This document shows positions 1 through 13,335 of a DNA stretch of 64,000 nucleotides, in pieces (positions within the stretch are counted from its first letter, which is position 1; the number at the start of each line of letters is the position of its first letter). This stretch comes from Klebsormidium nitens (Eukaryota > Plantae > Klebsormidiophyceae), in contig DF237413.1 in assembly GCA_000708835.1 (NCBI GenBank), forward strand, positions 1 to 64,000, read 5' to 3'. The position numbers were made by a program, and so were the translations under genes. Under the pieces are notes generated by a model that was not told the DNA's origin, did not search any database, and was given only the letters and a program-made list of their open reading frames with translations.

Positions 1-422
1 AATCCGAATCGCCTACAGGTACCCCGGTACCCATGTTTTTCAGGCTTTTAACGAAAACCGGTACGTACCGTTTTGTCATAGGGCCTTTGCAATCACTTTC
101 CGGATGGGATTTAACAATTATTTTCAGTTTCCGAAAAAGCAGAATCCGACTGCTTATCCGGAGTTTCCAACTTTCCGAATGCAAATAATTATTTATTTAT
201 TCGGAATCATACCTTGGTCGGTAGAGAACTTAGAAGTATCCATAATCGGTGCATCTGCATGCGCATTTGCTGGCTTTAGATTAGGTAGATACTTTGGGTG
301 CTTTCCAAAGGCTCGAGATCATCAGAAACGATGAAGCGTTGAAAGGTTGCTTCTTTCTGCGGATTTAGCAAGGTGCTTTGTCAAAGACATGCGGCGGAAG
401 CGCACCCGTGGTGGGCCCAGGG

Positions 423-3400
423 ATGGACGACCCTCACTATGCGCACGCGTATGTGGCGGATGATTTTGCCACTTACGCCCTCCCTGAATCCCCCTCGTCT
501 TTGCATTCTTCGTTCAGTCACGATAGCACCGTGTTCATGCCCGCCCCCTTGCCCCCAAAACCGTCCCCCCGTCACCGAAACTTGAGCCTCGGCAAGCCTG
601 GGTTTCCTGCTGCCCCCCAGAAGCAATGGCCTCCCCACGGTTTCAAGGCGCCCACGCTCCAAACGGCGGACCCAATGGACGAACTCTCGGACTCGATGTC
701 CCCCGAGACAGACTGGCTCTCGCCCGCGTCGAGGAGCTCGAACATGGACGAGTACACGAATGTTCCGACTGGGAGGTGGGGCGGGAGATCAGCAACGGAA
801 GGGGGGGTGAGGCAATGGCAGGGCAGCCCAAGGACTTCCCCCCGGGGCGAGAAAATGTCCCCGCGGACTTACAAGCTGCAGATGCAGGCGGCCGAGAGGT
901 TTGAGGATGAGGCTAGGGGGAACCCCCTGGCGAGAGTTAATGAGGGGTATGTTTTGGGGTCCGATCAGGAAGTGCAGGCCAAGTGGCAGCGGTATCAGCA
1001 AGAAGAGCAGAAGAAGAGACGGCAGGCAGCGGAGGCGGGCAGGATTAGGGGTCAGGAAGAGGAGGCAGACGGCCAGGCACCGCGTGCAGAGTTTCGGCGC
1101 TATGCAAGACCGGCGGAGCGCACGTGGTACAGCCAAGGAATGGAGGTAAGTCCGCGCATTTTGGTAAGGAAAAGGTATCATGTTGTTCTTGGAACAATGC
1201 GTGGATCAAGGACTCTGGATAATGCCCCTTTTTGTGTTTCTTGGACTTTCTGCATGCTGTCAATGTGAGCAGAGTGCACAGAGTTCAGCTGCCAAAGAGA
1301 AGGCAGCTTGACAATGTGAATGTGCTTGTTTCCACTTTTTGCCGCTGAAATATGTTTGTTCCAAGCTTCCAAGCTCTACAGATGGCAGGACTTTCTTGCT
1401 TTTCTTCATTACATACTTTCTTCTGGGCTTTCTCAAATGAAGACTTGTTGCATTTCCGAAACGACCAAAATTGCTGCGTAGTGATGAGCATGCCAAGATT
1501 GTTCAAAGGAACCACATTCTCGTTCTCTATTTGTCATCATGAAAGGCCTCTGGAAAGTGAAATCAGCAGTTCGGAAACTCCCAAGAATCTTTTCTTTCTT
1601 TTCCTTTCCTGCTTTCTCTGGATGGGAAAGTCATCAGACTAGGAAGCACTCTAGAGTAGGATCTTTTGACTTACCGTACAGTGGCTTTATAAAACAAACA
1701 CATGAACATCCTCTTTGAGTGGGTTGCTTGCTGTGCACTTATGCTCTGGTTGCTTGGCCCGATAAGACATCCTGATGTTTCAAATGGCTGGAAGTGCTGG
1801 ATAGGGTGCCTTCACCAACTAACCTCTGGACTTCTGAGATGTTGCGATTCAGTTAAGTCTTGTGACTTGGTTTGTTTGAAAGTTGGCTGCGCTTTTCCCA
1901 GATTAGACGAACTATGTTTTCAATTGTTCGCTATCGTGCATTTTCATTAACGACCTCCACACCTAGATTATTTGACCAGTTCCGGAGCAGGCCAGCAATG
2001 TATATAGTTCTTGATCCTCTTTGCGTATGCTTGTTGAACCGGAGTTTAAGCAATATGGCTCTGTATAGGTATGTAGTGAGTTGAGACCACTCAAGGAGTT
2101 TCTATAATGCAGCCACTTGTATGTTGGAGGGGAGCAAAACGTTTCTCGGAGAATCTGGGTGCGCTGAGAGCTTGCAGAGAAGAATGTGTCAGCGCCAGGC
2201 AGTGGGCGTTTCCTTGCAGCTGCTGTTTGGCCTTGGAACAGCAGGACAGCCTGGCAGAGGCAGGCAAAAAAACAGCTGTCAGCAGTGAAAGAGTGGTCCA
2301 ACTGTTGGCGCCAAGAAACTGGGCATCTATCAAATAGAATCGTGCGGAGCCTTTTTGCTGCAAAGACAAGTATTGTCGGCAAGAAAATGAAAGAAGCAGC
2401 TGTTTGCGGAAAAGGAGCCTGCGATATGATTGAGCTGAAACAGAGAGAGCGGACATCGATCAAACGCAGAAAGGAGATGAACAGCTGTCAAAAATTGGCC
2501 TCTGCGAGTCACACACTTCTAGTAATTACAGCCTTGACATGCCTAGCGGTTGCGCAAACGGAGTACCTGAAAGCTGGCCCTGACAGCGTCTCTTGATAGC
2601 TGGTATGATGTCTGGCAGATGGAAAAGAAGCCGCAAGGGGACGCTGTCCTTTAGCGCTGACAGCTGTCGAATCTGTTCTGCAAAGTCTGTTCTGAGTGGG
2701 GGGTCCCTCAATTCAACTCGAACTGCCGTCCAAGTTTCAGCCTCGAGCGTCCTATCTACCCATGATAAATTATCCATCTTTTCCGCCCCTGACAGCTGTC
2801 ATACCCTCCTGCAGACTGAGGAGCAGCGGCAAGCGGAGGACGTTCGGCAGGAGCGGTGGCAGCAGCTCAAGGAGCACGAAGCCGATAGGCAGCGCCAGCT
2901 GGCGGCGCAGAGGGTGGCGGTGACATCACCGGCGCCAGAGGTGCGACCAGCGGCGAGGATGGTGAAGCAGGAGTGTTGGGCGAGGACCGATGGGGACATG
3001 TTGGTCAGGAAGCAGTGTTGGGTGGAAGAGGCGGCGCCTGCGGTGTGTATTCAGGTGGGTCAATGACTGAGGGCATGGAACGTGAAGGGGAAGGAATGAG
3101 AGAAGCTCAACGTAGTTGATCAATAGGTTTGAGATTGCAAGAGCGGGGATAGAAATGGTTACACTTGCAAGAACAAGATTAAGAATGCTTCTGTTTGCAA
3201 GAGCGGGCAGATAGAAAGAGGGGGAGCGCTGTCCAGATCAGTCTATTATCAATGTCGGTAAAGAACGCAGAGAGGAAAAGCTAGGGATGTGGGCTGTGAT
3301 GATTTGGGCTTGTTGACGATCGGTGCAATTGCCCAGGTTGCTTGCTTGTTGTTTGGCAGAGTAGTATGTTCCAGTAAATCAGGCTTGTGATGATGGAAAA

Positions 3401-6055
3401 GCCTAGCTTTGAGATGCAAGAGTTCAAAGCTGTTGATACAAGCCCTTTGCCAAAGTGGAAGGATGACAGTCACGATAATTATCACATTTGGGAACAGTCC
3501 AGTTGCAAATTCTGCCAGCTTCACCCGTTCTTTCAATAGTATCACAGCTTTTGCTGTCCTATAGAAGCAGGTAGTAGATTTTCGAAGCTCAAGCTGTCCA
3601 GGGATTGCTCTTTGGACCCAACTGAAGCCAAGGTTTGTACAAATCTACCCAGGCTAAGACTTCGTTTTGCCCACTTGTGGCTTATCTCTTTGCCCTGTAT
3701 CATCCCCAGGTTGTTGAGCACCAGATTCTGCCCCCACAAAGGGTGCCGACGCCACCTCCGCCCCAGTGGCAGCCCCCTGCCCAACCACGGGCTGACAGCT
3801 GGCACGAAGACGACCACAACTCTCCAGGGACAAGCGGTCGTGCGCAGCAATACGGGTCCGAGTCTTACACAAGGTCCAGGGTTTCGCGGCAAGACTGGGT
3901 TGAGGGTTGGGGTCACCAGGAGCAGCGGTTTGAGCGCCGTGCAGAACGCCGACGGGGTCCAGATAGGCCGTACGATTCAGACCGGCCACACAGCTCCTCA
4001 TCAGCCCAGCACGAGAATACTGAGAGAGGGCATTACAGCTCCAGCGAGGCGTCGTCAGTGGCCACTTTTCCACGGAGTGAGCGGGAGCGAGCGGAGTGGG
4101 AAGCACGGGGCCGGGGGGAAAGAAGTGCGAGGCAGTCCGCTCAGAGAGGCGGCGAGTTTCAGCGGGGTGCGCAGGCCGGGGGTCAGGAAACACGAGTTGG
4201 GGAGTGGGCTCAGGCGGCGGCTTTTTCAGAGACAAAAGCTCAGCCCTCTCAAGAGCAAGAGATTGAAGACGGGGGTCCTGTGCAGGAGGGAGGCATGACG
4301 GTCGCAGCGCGTTGGAGCGAGCGGACGAGCCGCGAGTTGCAGTTTGGGGAACGGCCAGAGAGTCGGGGGCACGATGCTTCGCTGTGTGACACTCCGCGGG
4401 CAGTGACGTTGATTGAGGAACGGGTTAGCGAAGTCGGGTTAGTGGACGGGGGCGAGAATATCTGGGTTGAGGAGCGGACGGTCACCCACAAGGAGACGGT
4501 TGCTGACGTCATTGCCGATGCCAGCGGCGAGGGCGCTGATGTCACCAGCCCCACGCTGGTCGCAGAGGCGGTGTCCCGGCTCGCGCTGACGTCGGTGGGC
4601 TGGGACGAGGCGATGCACAACTTTCACGATCTCAGGGGGGTCCGGGCGGTCGTCAAGAAGCCTGAAGAGCTGCTGTCGCCTGCCGTGGTCAGCGGTGCTG
4701 TCACGCTCTCTGGGCTCGCAAGAAAGCGGGCGATCTCGCTGCCTGCGACTGAGGGAGCGGCGTCACGCGTTCTGGGGACGTCAGGTCTCGGTGTGAGTCA
4801 TCATTCTCGGGGGCACAGTGCGGATGAGGGGAGCCGAGGAGGGGCGCCATTCGTGTCGGAGATAGCTGCTGAGAAGGCGAATCGGACAGACTTGGACGCT
4901 GCCAAGGAGAGTCAGACAGATTTGGACACTTGGGAGGTGGTCCGGGCCGAGTCATCCAACGAGGAGCGTCCGGCGTTGAGGCAGAATGACGATACGGTGA
5001 TAGCGACCGGCGCAAGGCCAGCAAGCGCTCAAAACCGGGACCGCCTGGCCGCGCCAGCGGCAGGTGCTGACGTCAGCAACGATGGTGACGCCAGGAGAGC
5101 GGATGACCTCAGCAGGAACGGCAGGGACGACAGAGGCTGGGCCCGGTGCTTCCCGCACCCCCCCGAGGCGCGGCGCGTTTCCCCGTCAGTGGCCGCAATC
5201 ATTTCGCCCCCTGCCGTTTCTCGGGGGGCAAGCCCCGTGCCCCTTAACAGGAGTGACTCGTACCCCCCCTCGGAGCGGCCCCCGGGCAAATCCTCTCCAG
5301 TCTGGTCCACAACAATCACCTCAGTCCCCATTCTTTCTGCCCCCCCTATGGTGCAGGCTGCCAGCACATTCCGGCCTGCAGTTACTCTTCCCCCAAGGTT
5401 TCCCCCCCTGCCTTTGCTGACTGAAATGGCCCCCCACACTCCGGCGATGGTGCCCCACCCCCCCTCGAACCCCAGCCCCCGTCCGCACCTGAGGAGAGCT
5501 TCGCGATCCGGCGCTCTTTCCGTCGAGGAGCGGCGCCCCCCCGTTTCCCCCGAGTCGGCCTTTCCGCAGTACGACAGCGAACCGGTGCCGAAGCAGTCAT
5601 GGCGGGGTGCGGAGTTTCCTGAGACGTTGTCTGAGAGAAAGGGCGACCGGAGTGGAAACGAGGAGAGTTGGGGGGTATCGAGGAAGGATGATTCGACCCC
5701 CAGGCGAGACGACGGCAACCCGGGCCAGCTTTCGCGCTTCGCACCACCGTTCAGGGGGGGTCCGCCGGCCCATCCGGCACCCCCCGGGCGCGTGGAAGGT
5801 GCGGCAGGGGGGCAAGGGAGTTCGCAAATGGTGGTGGAGGTCGATTGCCCGATTTGTAGCGAGCCGCTTCAAGTGGGGAGAGCGATGTTTGCGCCTGAGT
5901 GCGGTCACTTCGTCCATTTTGACTGTTGCCGGTCGAACCTGCTGAAGGGATCCCTCGACTGCCCCCGCTGCCACCAGCGAATGCAGCAGAAGCCGTACTT
6001 GAAGACGCCGTATGGGCGCCCGGATGCTGACCGCCGTCGCGTGACCATTACTTAA
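423..6055 (+). CDS. Large low-complexity (Pro/Ser/Arg/Glu-rich) protein with C-terminal RING-H2 finger; putative E3 ubiquitin ligase. Exons ~423-1145, 2815-3054, 3710-6055 (~1100 aa)
   Basis: Donor GAG|GTAAGT at 1145/1146, acceptor CTGCAG| at 2814, donor CAG|GTGGGT at 3054, acceptor CCCCAG| at 3709, all phase 0 and in frame. The C-terminus CPICSEPLQVGRAMFAPECGHFVHFDCCRSNLLKGSLDCPRC (5846-5971) fits C-x2-C-x14-C-x-H-x2-H-x2-C-x11-C-x2-C. The start is uncertain (first ATG at 423; the frame is open from 378) and further exons in intron 1 are not excluded. Confidence 0.75.
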
Positions 6056-8528
6056 GGGCTGGTAGAGCGACTCTGAACCGGGGCCGACGAAGGCTCGAGC
6101 TTTTGGTGGGCGTAGTAGGGCGTTGGTGTTGATTCTACGTGTTATGCGCTACATCAAAGCGTGCGTGATTGCTTCATTAACATTGGTGTGCGAGGTTACC
6201 AGTTGAACAGGTAGCCGCTCGGAGTATCTTACATGTTGTGCGAATCTGTGGTCGTTGGTCGGACTCTATCAGTCGGTCTGAGTACGCATTTGGCCTCCAA
6301 TTTTGATTATTTGGGAGGTCCGCTGTTGTGAGTAACGTCGCGTTAGTAAGTTGATTCCGTGTCAGGAGGCGTTACGAAATTGTCCATTGCTTCTTGGAAG
6401 CTGACTTTTGATACCGTACTGGATTGTACTGCTGATATTCAAGTCTCGCCACTCGCATTTCACATGCCACTCTCATTCGTCTCTCTCATCCCAAATTGGT
6501 CCAATGTCCGGGACACATTTGAATCATTGAATAGCTTCACTGACGCATGCGGGACAGATGATGAGTCCTGATTGCTCTTGTAACGTGCATAAGAATAGCT
6601 GGCTGATCACATCATTGCTGGAGCGCCATTGCGGGCAAGCCTTTTCATTGCATGCATTGCATGTGATGTTCGGATCATGCATGCATATAGATGGTTCGTC
6701 ACTGACGGTAGTTCAATATATGTCCTTACCATTAAGGCGCGAGCTAGCATGTGGAACTTCGAACATGATACCTACCGCGTCTCCGTGTATGATTGTACCA
6801 AATTGTGCATGTGTGTTGCATGCATGAACGGAACGGGCATGGTAATTAGATCGCGCGGCGCCAATATGAGTTGAGCACATGCCGCCGCCGGAGCTCTGGC
6901 CAGGCTGGCCGCCCCTCATGGCAGTATATATTATGAGCCCTCAGCGTGGCAAATCGTAATCTCCTCTTTCGGCATTCACAGTTGCACATGCAATCGCGAA
7001 GTTCTCCGATCCATTGGCCCTCTAGCGTCACTGCAACTTCAGTCTATCCACGCCGCCGTCGGCCAAAACCGTGATCATTCGCGATTGCCACATGAAAGTT
7101 GAAGTGCATCGTGTCTCGGTTTGAAAAGCTTCGCCATACGAATCATTAAGGCGAAACTTGTCCGACCATATCCGAACTAATCATTTGGAAGCTGAGCCTG
7201 TGACAATGGGCTTTCAGCCGCCGAGCCGCTGAGCCTAGCTTGACGACAACGGTACGTCGATCTTGCATGCTGCGCACCGCGGCATCCGACCCAAAGCCTA
7301 GCAATCAACAGGCAGCATTGTAGACCAATCCCCATGGCCTTTGAGGTCCCTATAACTTTCATGGTCGATTGTCCCACCAGTTTATGATGATTATTCAATG
7401 CTGTTTTTGAGTCAAAACTTGCTAGACTAGTACCTCTGCATGAACACAGGTCGAGTCTATGTTACACAACGCAATGATACTAGGCTATAGTCTTCCATGA
7501 CCCTGTTCGACATACTTGCCTTTGATACGGAAGCGTGTTTGTTCCAACATGCACGTGCAGTCGTGCTAATGCCGTAACTGACCGTCTTATGACTATCTTA
7601 ACGTTATGACCATGCAATGTTACCTTAAACCGTTTGTGTTGAAATGATATGCCTAGTCAAACCACCTCACCCATGAACGTCTGCAGTATCCCATCTACGA
7701 TCTCTTTCGGAATCTTCCGAGCGATGCGTCATTCCCACGCGGCAGAACGCCATCTCATTTACCTCTCACCACTACCAATACGACGCCAAGCCACGACGCA
7801 TCGTTGCCGGCTACGTATGGAACCCACATGCGCTATACCCCAACACTTATCCCTATACCAGCTACACCACGACGACCGCCCCTCGCTTATTTCAGAATAT
7901 GAAACTCGCGGCAAGCGGCTCGCAGTCCCTTTTGTGCCGCTCTCACTGTGAGTCAAAAGCAAGTCGTAAGAGATCCTCCGAGGTCCCAGTGAACGATATT
8001 CTGAGTCCACGCTTTGACGAAGCGCTGGACACGTGTCCCGTCCTCGTTGGACGGCTCACGTGACCATCAATGCGGCCCCCCTGGTCCGCATGTCGCGACT
8101 ATCCCCTTTTCGTCTCTCCCCCGATTCGTGTCCTGAAGTCGTTAGCGGTTCTCACCCTCGGGGAAAAAGGCCTTAAACTATTGTCGAGGCTTTGAACGCT
8201 CACTTACTTGCGGCGAGAGGCCTCTCTCGCTGACCTTTCTCTACCCGCCTCGACGTCTTCCATCCCAGTTTAAAAACCCAATCATCTACCCATCTGCCCT
8301 TCATTCCGGACGCCAATCCCCCCGACTTCTCAGTCTCGTCCGGAATTCAATCTTCGCACCAGCATAGCCGTGCCAACTAATCGTCCCCTCACAACCAGGC
8401 GACTCCGTTATTAACTTCGCACTCAGCGGAGATCAACACTCACCAATCTCCCCGGGCCTCATCGCGCCCCCCCTCTTTTGATTTCTGACAACCCATCACC
8501 CCCCGCCTCCCCCGGAAACGAAGTACGC

Positions 8529-11116
8529 TCACTGCAACGTACTCTGCGTGACTAGCGTACCGTCTCCCAACCGTCTGAGCAACACCAAATGGGGGGCGGT
8601 CCCGTGCGCTCGCCCGCACTGCAGACAGAAGTGGCTGTTCTCGTTGGGGCACGGGCGGCGGCCGCGCCCGAAGTGGCAAAACCCTGTCTGGTAAAACTGG
8701 CGGCAGCCCGTGTAGTCCTCGCGCGGCTCGCGCAGCGCGGCGTCGGGCTGGGGGCCGGGGCGCGCGCGCGCGTCGCCGCGCAGCTCCACCTGGAGGGCCG
8801 CGATCGCGTAGTCTTCCAGCTGGGTGAACTGACCGGGGAGAGGAGAGGAACGGGGTCTATAATCATGTCAATCTTGTGTGTTTCAGAATGACAGAAAGTC
8901 AAGGATCGCCTGAGTTGTGCGATGGGGTTCGGAAGGCATTAGAGATACAAAACGACGCGCCAGAAGGTCCTGAAGCATCCATATTGTGGATTTTGGAAGT
9001 TGATGCGAACGTCCTACGGCTTCAGAAGACGTAGAGACCAGGAAACGGTGGAATGCACAGTAGATTCGACCCCGCATCGCTTTGATGAAGTAAGCTCCTT
9101 CGAAACGAGATGGGAATCCGCACTAAGGAACGAGACGAGGATTTGAACGCTAGGCAGGCTTAAGAACGATCCGCCTGGCGCAAAGGTTCGTGCACTTGTC
9201 GTTCACAAAGTACACTCCCGTTATCCTTCAATGAGTGATCAATGACGACAAGATGAAAGATAGAGGACGGCAATCCGCGTTGTTGACGTGTGCAGATCTG
9301 TGGCTTAAGAAAGGAGACACCTCGGATTCATTCTCGCCTTTCTCCTTATCGCCCACCAATCATCTTTACCGGAGACGTCGTCATGTGAGGCTGCTTCTGA
9401 TAAAATACACATCGGTCAGTGACCTCCATCTTTTACGAAGTTCGCTCACAATACACCAGCTTACTCCAACTGGCCACGGAATGCAAGCATTACCGTTCGA
9501 CAGCTGTCTGCGGGGGTGATAGTATGCGGGCGCCAACCGTCTCGCTCCGGGTACATCTTCTCAAACACCCCCGCTTAGTGACGCATTTGAGAAACTTCCG
9601 GATCTAGACCGATTGCCAGAATGGGTCCTAATCCCCAAAATGAGGTCACCATCGCCCATGCGAAGGTGGCGCGCCTCACCTGTGCTGGCGTCATCCCGTT
9701 GATCAGCTGACGCAGCTGCTGCACCTCCGTCCGAAGCTGCTCGCGCCCGGGGTCCGCGGCGGTTGCCTCTAGTTGCCGCTGCAGGACCAGAATCTCACGC
9801 ACCTGCTCCGACAATGTGAAAGCCTGGTAAGCATTTTGAGCACCGTCCGATGAGAAAGCAACGGTTTGGATCACGTTTCCCGCTGCCCATGGCCACAAAG
9901 CGGCCCCATGTAGACACCACCTGATCTCGTATACACTCGGTCGGATGCTTATTGTGTCGCGGGAAAGTTCCTCTTCGTTTGACGCAAAGCTCCTGACTTC
10001 GCAGTTCATTCGAATGCAGGTTGCTTGTTGGCTTGGTACCAGACCGGGCGTCTGATTGGAGATCAGCACTTGTGTCCTGGCCTGAAAAGTGGCAGGGAAG
10101 CTCCGATACTTTTGCGCTTAGTCCACCAGATCTCAAATCTGAGAGGCCAGGCAGGACAGAGAAGGCGGGGTTCTACGATCCTAACCTGCTCTGTGTAAAT
10201 CTCATTCGCGCGCGTCAGCTCCCCCCTCAGGACGGCGATCTCCGCTCGCAGCTGGGTGTGGGAGTCACCAGCGCTGCGAGATATGAGGATGCGAACGTTT
10301 CGGGGGGGGTCCGTTTTCTGGTCTCTGGAATTTTCCAATGGGTGCCATTCAGGGGGCGATGTCCCTTCAGACTTGGATGTTCCGTCAGAAGACTGCTTTT
10401 CTTGACCTTGAACTTTCCGGGTGGGTGCTCCTTTGACGGCTTCTAGTTGCAAGAGAAGCCTAGTCTAACCTCCACAAGGGGGTTACAGAACAATAGGACA
10501 ATACAGGATACTTAAGCTCAAACAAGTCCAGGCTTCGACGTCGACTTTTTCTCATATAAGGGAGCTGGGAGCGTGTGTCCCAACTGAAACTCTTACTTAT
10601 CAAACCCAAAGATAGCACGGTTTGGCCTCGTACAACAAGTTCCCAGACGGCGTGCCGAACATCAGACAGTCTAGCCCCTAAGAACCCATTGGCAAAAGTT
10701 ACGCCGCTGACTTCGTAAAGCTTCAAGATAAGGCACCCCGACCACCAAACAAAACTGAGCATCCAAGCATGACATGACATGATAAGACTCCTTTCTAGGC
10801 GCAAAAGGAGTGATTCAACTCCCTGCAGACACACGCAATCTCAAAGCCCACGGCATATCGAAATCAACATGAATAGAAAGCTGACATGCGTAATCTGTGC
10901 TCCTCACTTATCCAGCTCCCTGTGAAGGCGCGCAATCTCAAAGTCCTGCTGCCGCCGCCTCTCTTCCGCCTGCCCGAGCAACCCTCTCAGCCTGCTCATC
11001 TCATCCCGTATCTGCTCCTCGTTTGTTTGTCTCCGGGGGACAGAACTGCTGCGGCCGTACCCGTGGCCGGACCCCCCCGCTGTGGACCAAGGCCGCCCGT
11101 CGTCCCCCCGCCGCAT
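8529..11116 (-). CDS. Coiled-coil protein with C-terminal CCCH + C2H2-like zinc finger. Exons 11116-10908, 10273-10186, 9802-9680, 8819-8529 (~236 aa)
   Basis: Four exons with GT/AG boundaries and matching phases (AA|C, phase 0, phase 0). Heptad-rich segments include EEQIRDEMSRLRGLL, HTQLRAEIAVLRGEL and EQLRTEVQQLRQLIN. Terminal motif CRQFYQTGFCHFGRGRRPCPNENSHFCLQCGRAHGTAPH. The 5' end is uncertain: there is a possible acceptor at 11130 and the frame is open to 11848. Confidence 0.65.
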
Positions 11117-13281
11117 TTCCCCCTCCCGCTCTAGTTCCAAAAGCAGGGAGTTTCTGTAGATGGGAACGTTTATGTCCAAGCTGCTGAGGAGACACGTGGC
11201 AGAGTCTGAGCGATGGAATGTCTTTGTGGGCGATGTGAATAGGCTCGGGGAAAACCCGCTCGATGGGGCACTACGCCGGAAAAGTGGTGCTGGCGTGGGA
11301 GAGCGTAAGGGGGAGCAAAAAGGGGAAGCTAGGAACTGGGTTGCCGAGTTTCTCAAAATGGCTCTTCCGAAAAGGGTGCAACCCGGGTCAGCTCTCTCTT
11401 TCCGGGGAGTATGGACTCTCTGCTTGGTTGAGGCGTAAAAATCACCCCTAGAGCTGAAACGCCGTCTGGAATTCAATTGTGGGCTGATCTGCACTCCGGT
11501 GGATGCTATTTCAGCCATACTGCGGCGAGGGGTGTTGCGCCCTTTTGTTTTTGGACCACCACAGAGGGGGTGGTGCCAGGGGGGGGGGTCATGCGTGGGC
11601 GCTCGAGGGGGGGCATGGAGGGTTGGGCGCGGGCCCCCCTGGAACGAGTGGGGGGTCCGAGATGAGTCACGTGGGCTGATCGTATCCTCAGGGGGGGCAG
11701 CAAACACAGGCCCAGACCATACACCTGTAAAAAGAATCCGAGATATTTTCTTTGGTCTCAAGAGGGAAGAGGGAACACTCTGAGTTGTGCTGTAAGAAGG
11801 GGCAGAGTGTACACGCACAAGAAACCCTGCATAATATCGCAATACCAATCTTCTTGGAAAAGAGCAAGAAGATCATGGCTTGAGTCCTAAGGGACAAAAC
11901 GACCACCCGAAAAGAGCCACAAGGACACAAGGGCTGTTGGTTGCGCTCAGGAGTAAACAAGCTGGAAAGACTGATCCAATGAAGTTTAAATGGATGGTAT
12001 GGGATGGGGTCTGTGGTTGCCTGTGGTAGGAAAGACTGACGGTAGAAAGTGGTCTCAACCTTGTGTTTATCAGACCTGTTATTAGCCGCTCACAAGAGCC
12101 TCACTTGAAGGTGAAAGTAGGTGCTTGGTCGAACAGCTCATAGACCAGGGCTATAACTTTCTCAAACCCCCTCACATGTGAGACCCTAGAGTAGGTAGCT
12201 CGTGAGAAGGCAAATGCTTGTGCCAAGCAGGAAGACACAGTCGCTTGCACAACCCATTTAACTAGTATTGACACCACTTCCTCTTCAACATGGATGTTCC
12301 TCCTAGGCAGTCAAAGAGCAGCCACCAAGGCATCGGCAGAATCTTTCGTGACCTCCTTTCCTTATTAACATGACTGCCAGCCTATTCTGAGAAGTTGAAA
12401 GGAAAGTGCTCATGTCTCCAGCTGACATGGACACAAGCAGCAAGAGAGGCTGACTAAGATGTTATCTCCATTTGCCAGCCTGATGCATTCAGATTCTTAC
12501 TGTCAGACTGACCTCCTAACTTTAAGAGTGTAACTACATGTTATCAGACAGGCCCTACGCACATCCCCAGTGAGCGCAAGTGTTGGGACTTCGAATCTGG
12601 TCAATCTTTGACACCGCCGCAAGGTCTGCTTGATCCAAAGTCCGCATCCCGCCACGAAAAACAAGGCTCACAGGTCCCTTTAAGTCGGCCCATCTAATAT
12701 ATTGCTCACTTTAACATGGACTCACGGTTTAAAGCTAGATGACAGCAACTCTTCCAAGACATTTTCGAGGAGCTGCCACTCACCTGGTCGAATTTCTCAA
12801 ACCCTTCACAAACTCTCAAGAAACCCTCCACAAAGCCCCTCCCCTGGTGGCTCCTGGCCCCCAAAAAGGGCGCCCTGCTGGCAGATGACGTCAGCTGACA
12901 GCCAATGATGATGTCAGCGCGTACCACCCCGGAGGGGGTCAGATCCTTGTGAGGAGGGGGGATCTGGTGTGCTTGGACTCCGTACAGGGGATTACTGCCC
13001 CCGCCAGGCAGGCATGGTTATCAGACCTCCACTGTTTGCGCAGCTCAATCATGCACGTCACGCTTCTAACGTTCTGGGTTCATGGCCAAAGAAGGGTGCC
13101 CCACTTTCTTTAGAAAGATGAGAGGTCTTACTTTGCCTTCCTACCACCCTGTTAGACGGAACGGCTTCCCCACACGCACGTCAGGGCCTTACTGCAGTCT
13201 TGTGCAGCCAATGATGATGGATTCTAGACAGCCAACATGTGATGTCGTTTCTAGAAGCACACCGCCACTCCAGCTTCCCAC

Positions 13282-13335
13282 CTTCGCATACAGCTCAGAA
13301 AGGATCCACTTCAAAATTTCAGCTGGAAGGTTGTC
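13282..13335 (-). pseudogene. F-box-like relic (DNLPAEILKWILSELYAK)
   Basis: The minus-strand translation resembles the F-box LP.EIL..I.S.L signature and ends at a donor AAG|GTGGGA. An in-frame TGA lies two codons upstream; a 1-nt deletion would restore GPDL-DNLP. The match is short. Confidence 0.25.

Noticed and set aside
57-67. 11-bp inverted match ACCGGTACGTA with 15201-15211
   Set aside because: Too short to establish a shared element, although both lie in GTAC-rich non-coding patches.
2272-2800. Four ACAGCTGTC palindromic motifs in intron 1 of the RING gene
   Set aside because: Spacing is irregular and flanks are unrelated; the CTGAC part may simply reflect branch-point-like sequence.
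3612-5974. Several long overlapping ORFs (3612-4298 +, 3654-4235 -, 5029-5718 -, 5597-5974 -)
   Set aside because: Alternative-frame or antisense ORFs within one GC-rich exon; they show no recognisable motifs.
8020-8065. Two CACGTG G-boxes as a promoter
   Set aside because: They lie between two convergent 3' ends with no gene start nearby, and two hexamers are expected by chance.
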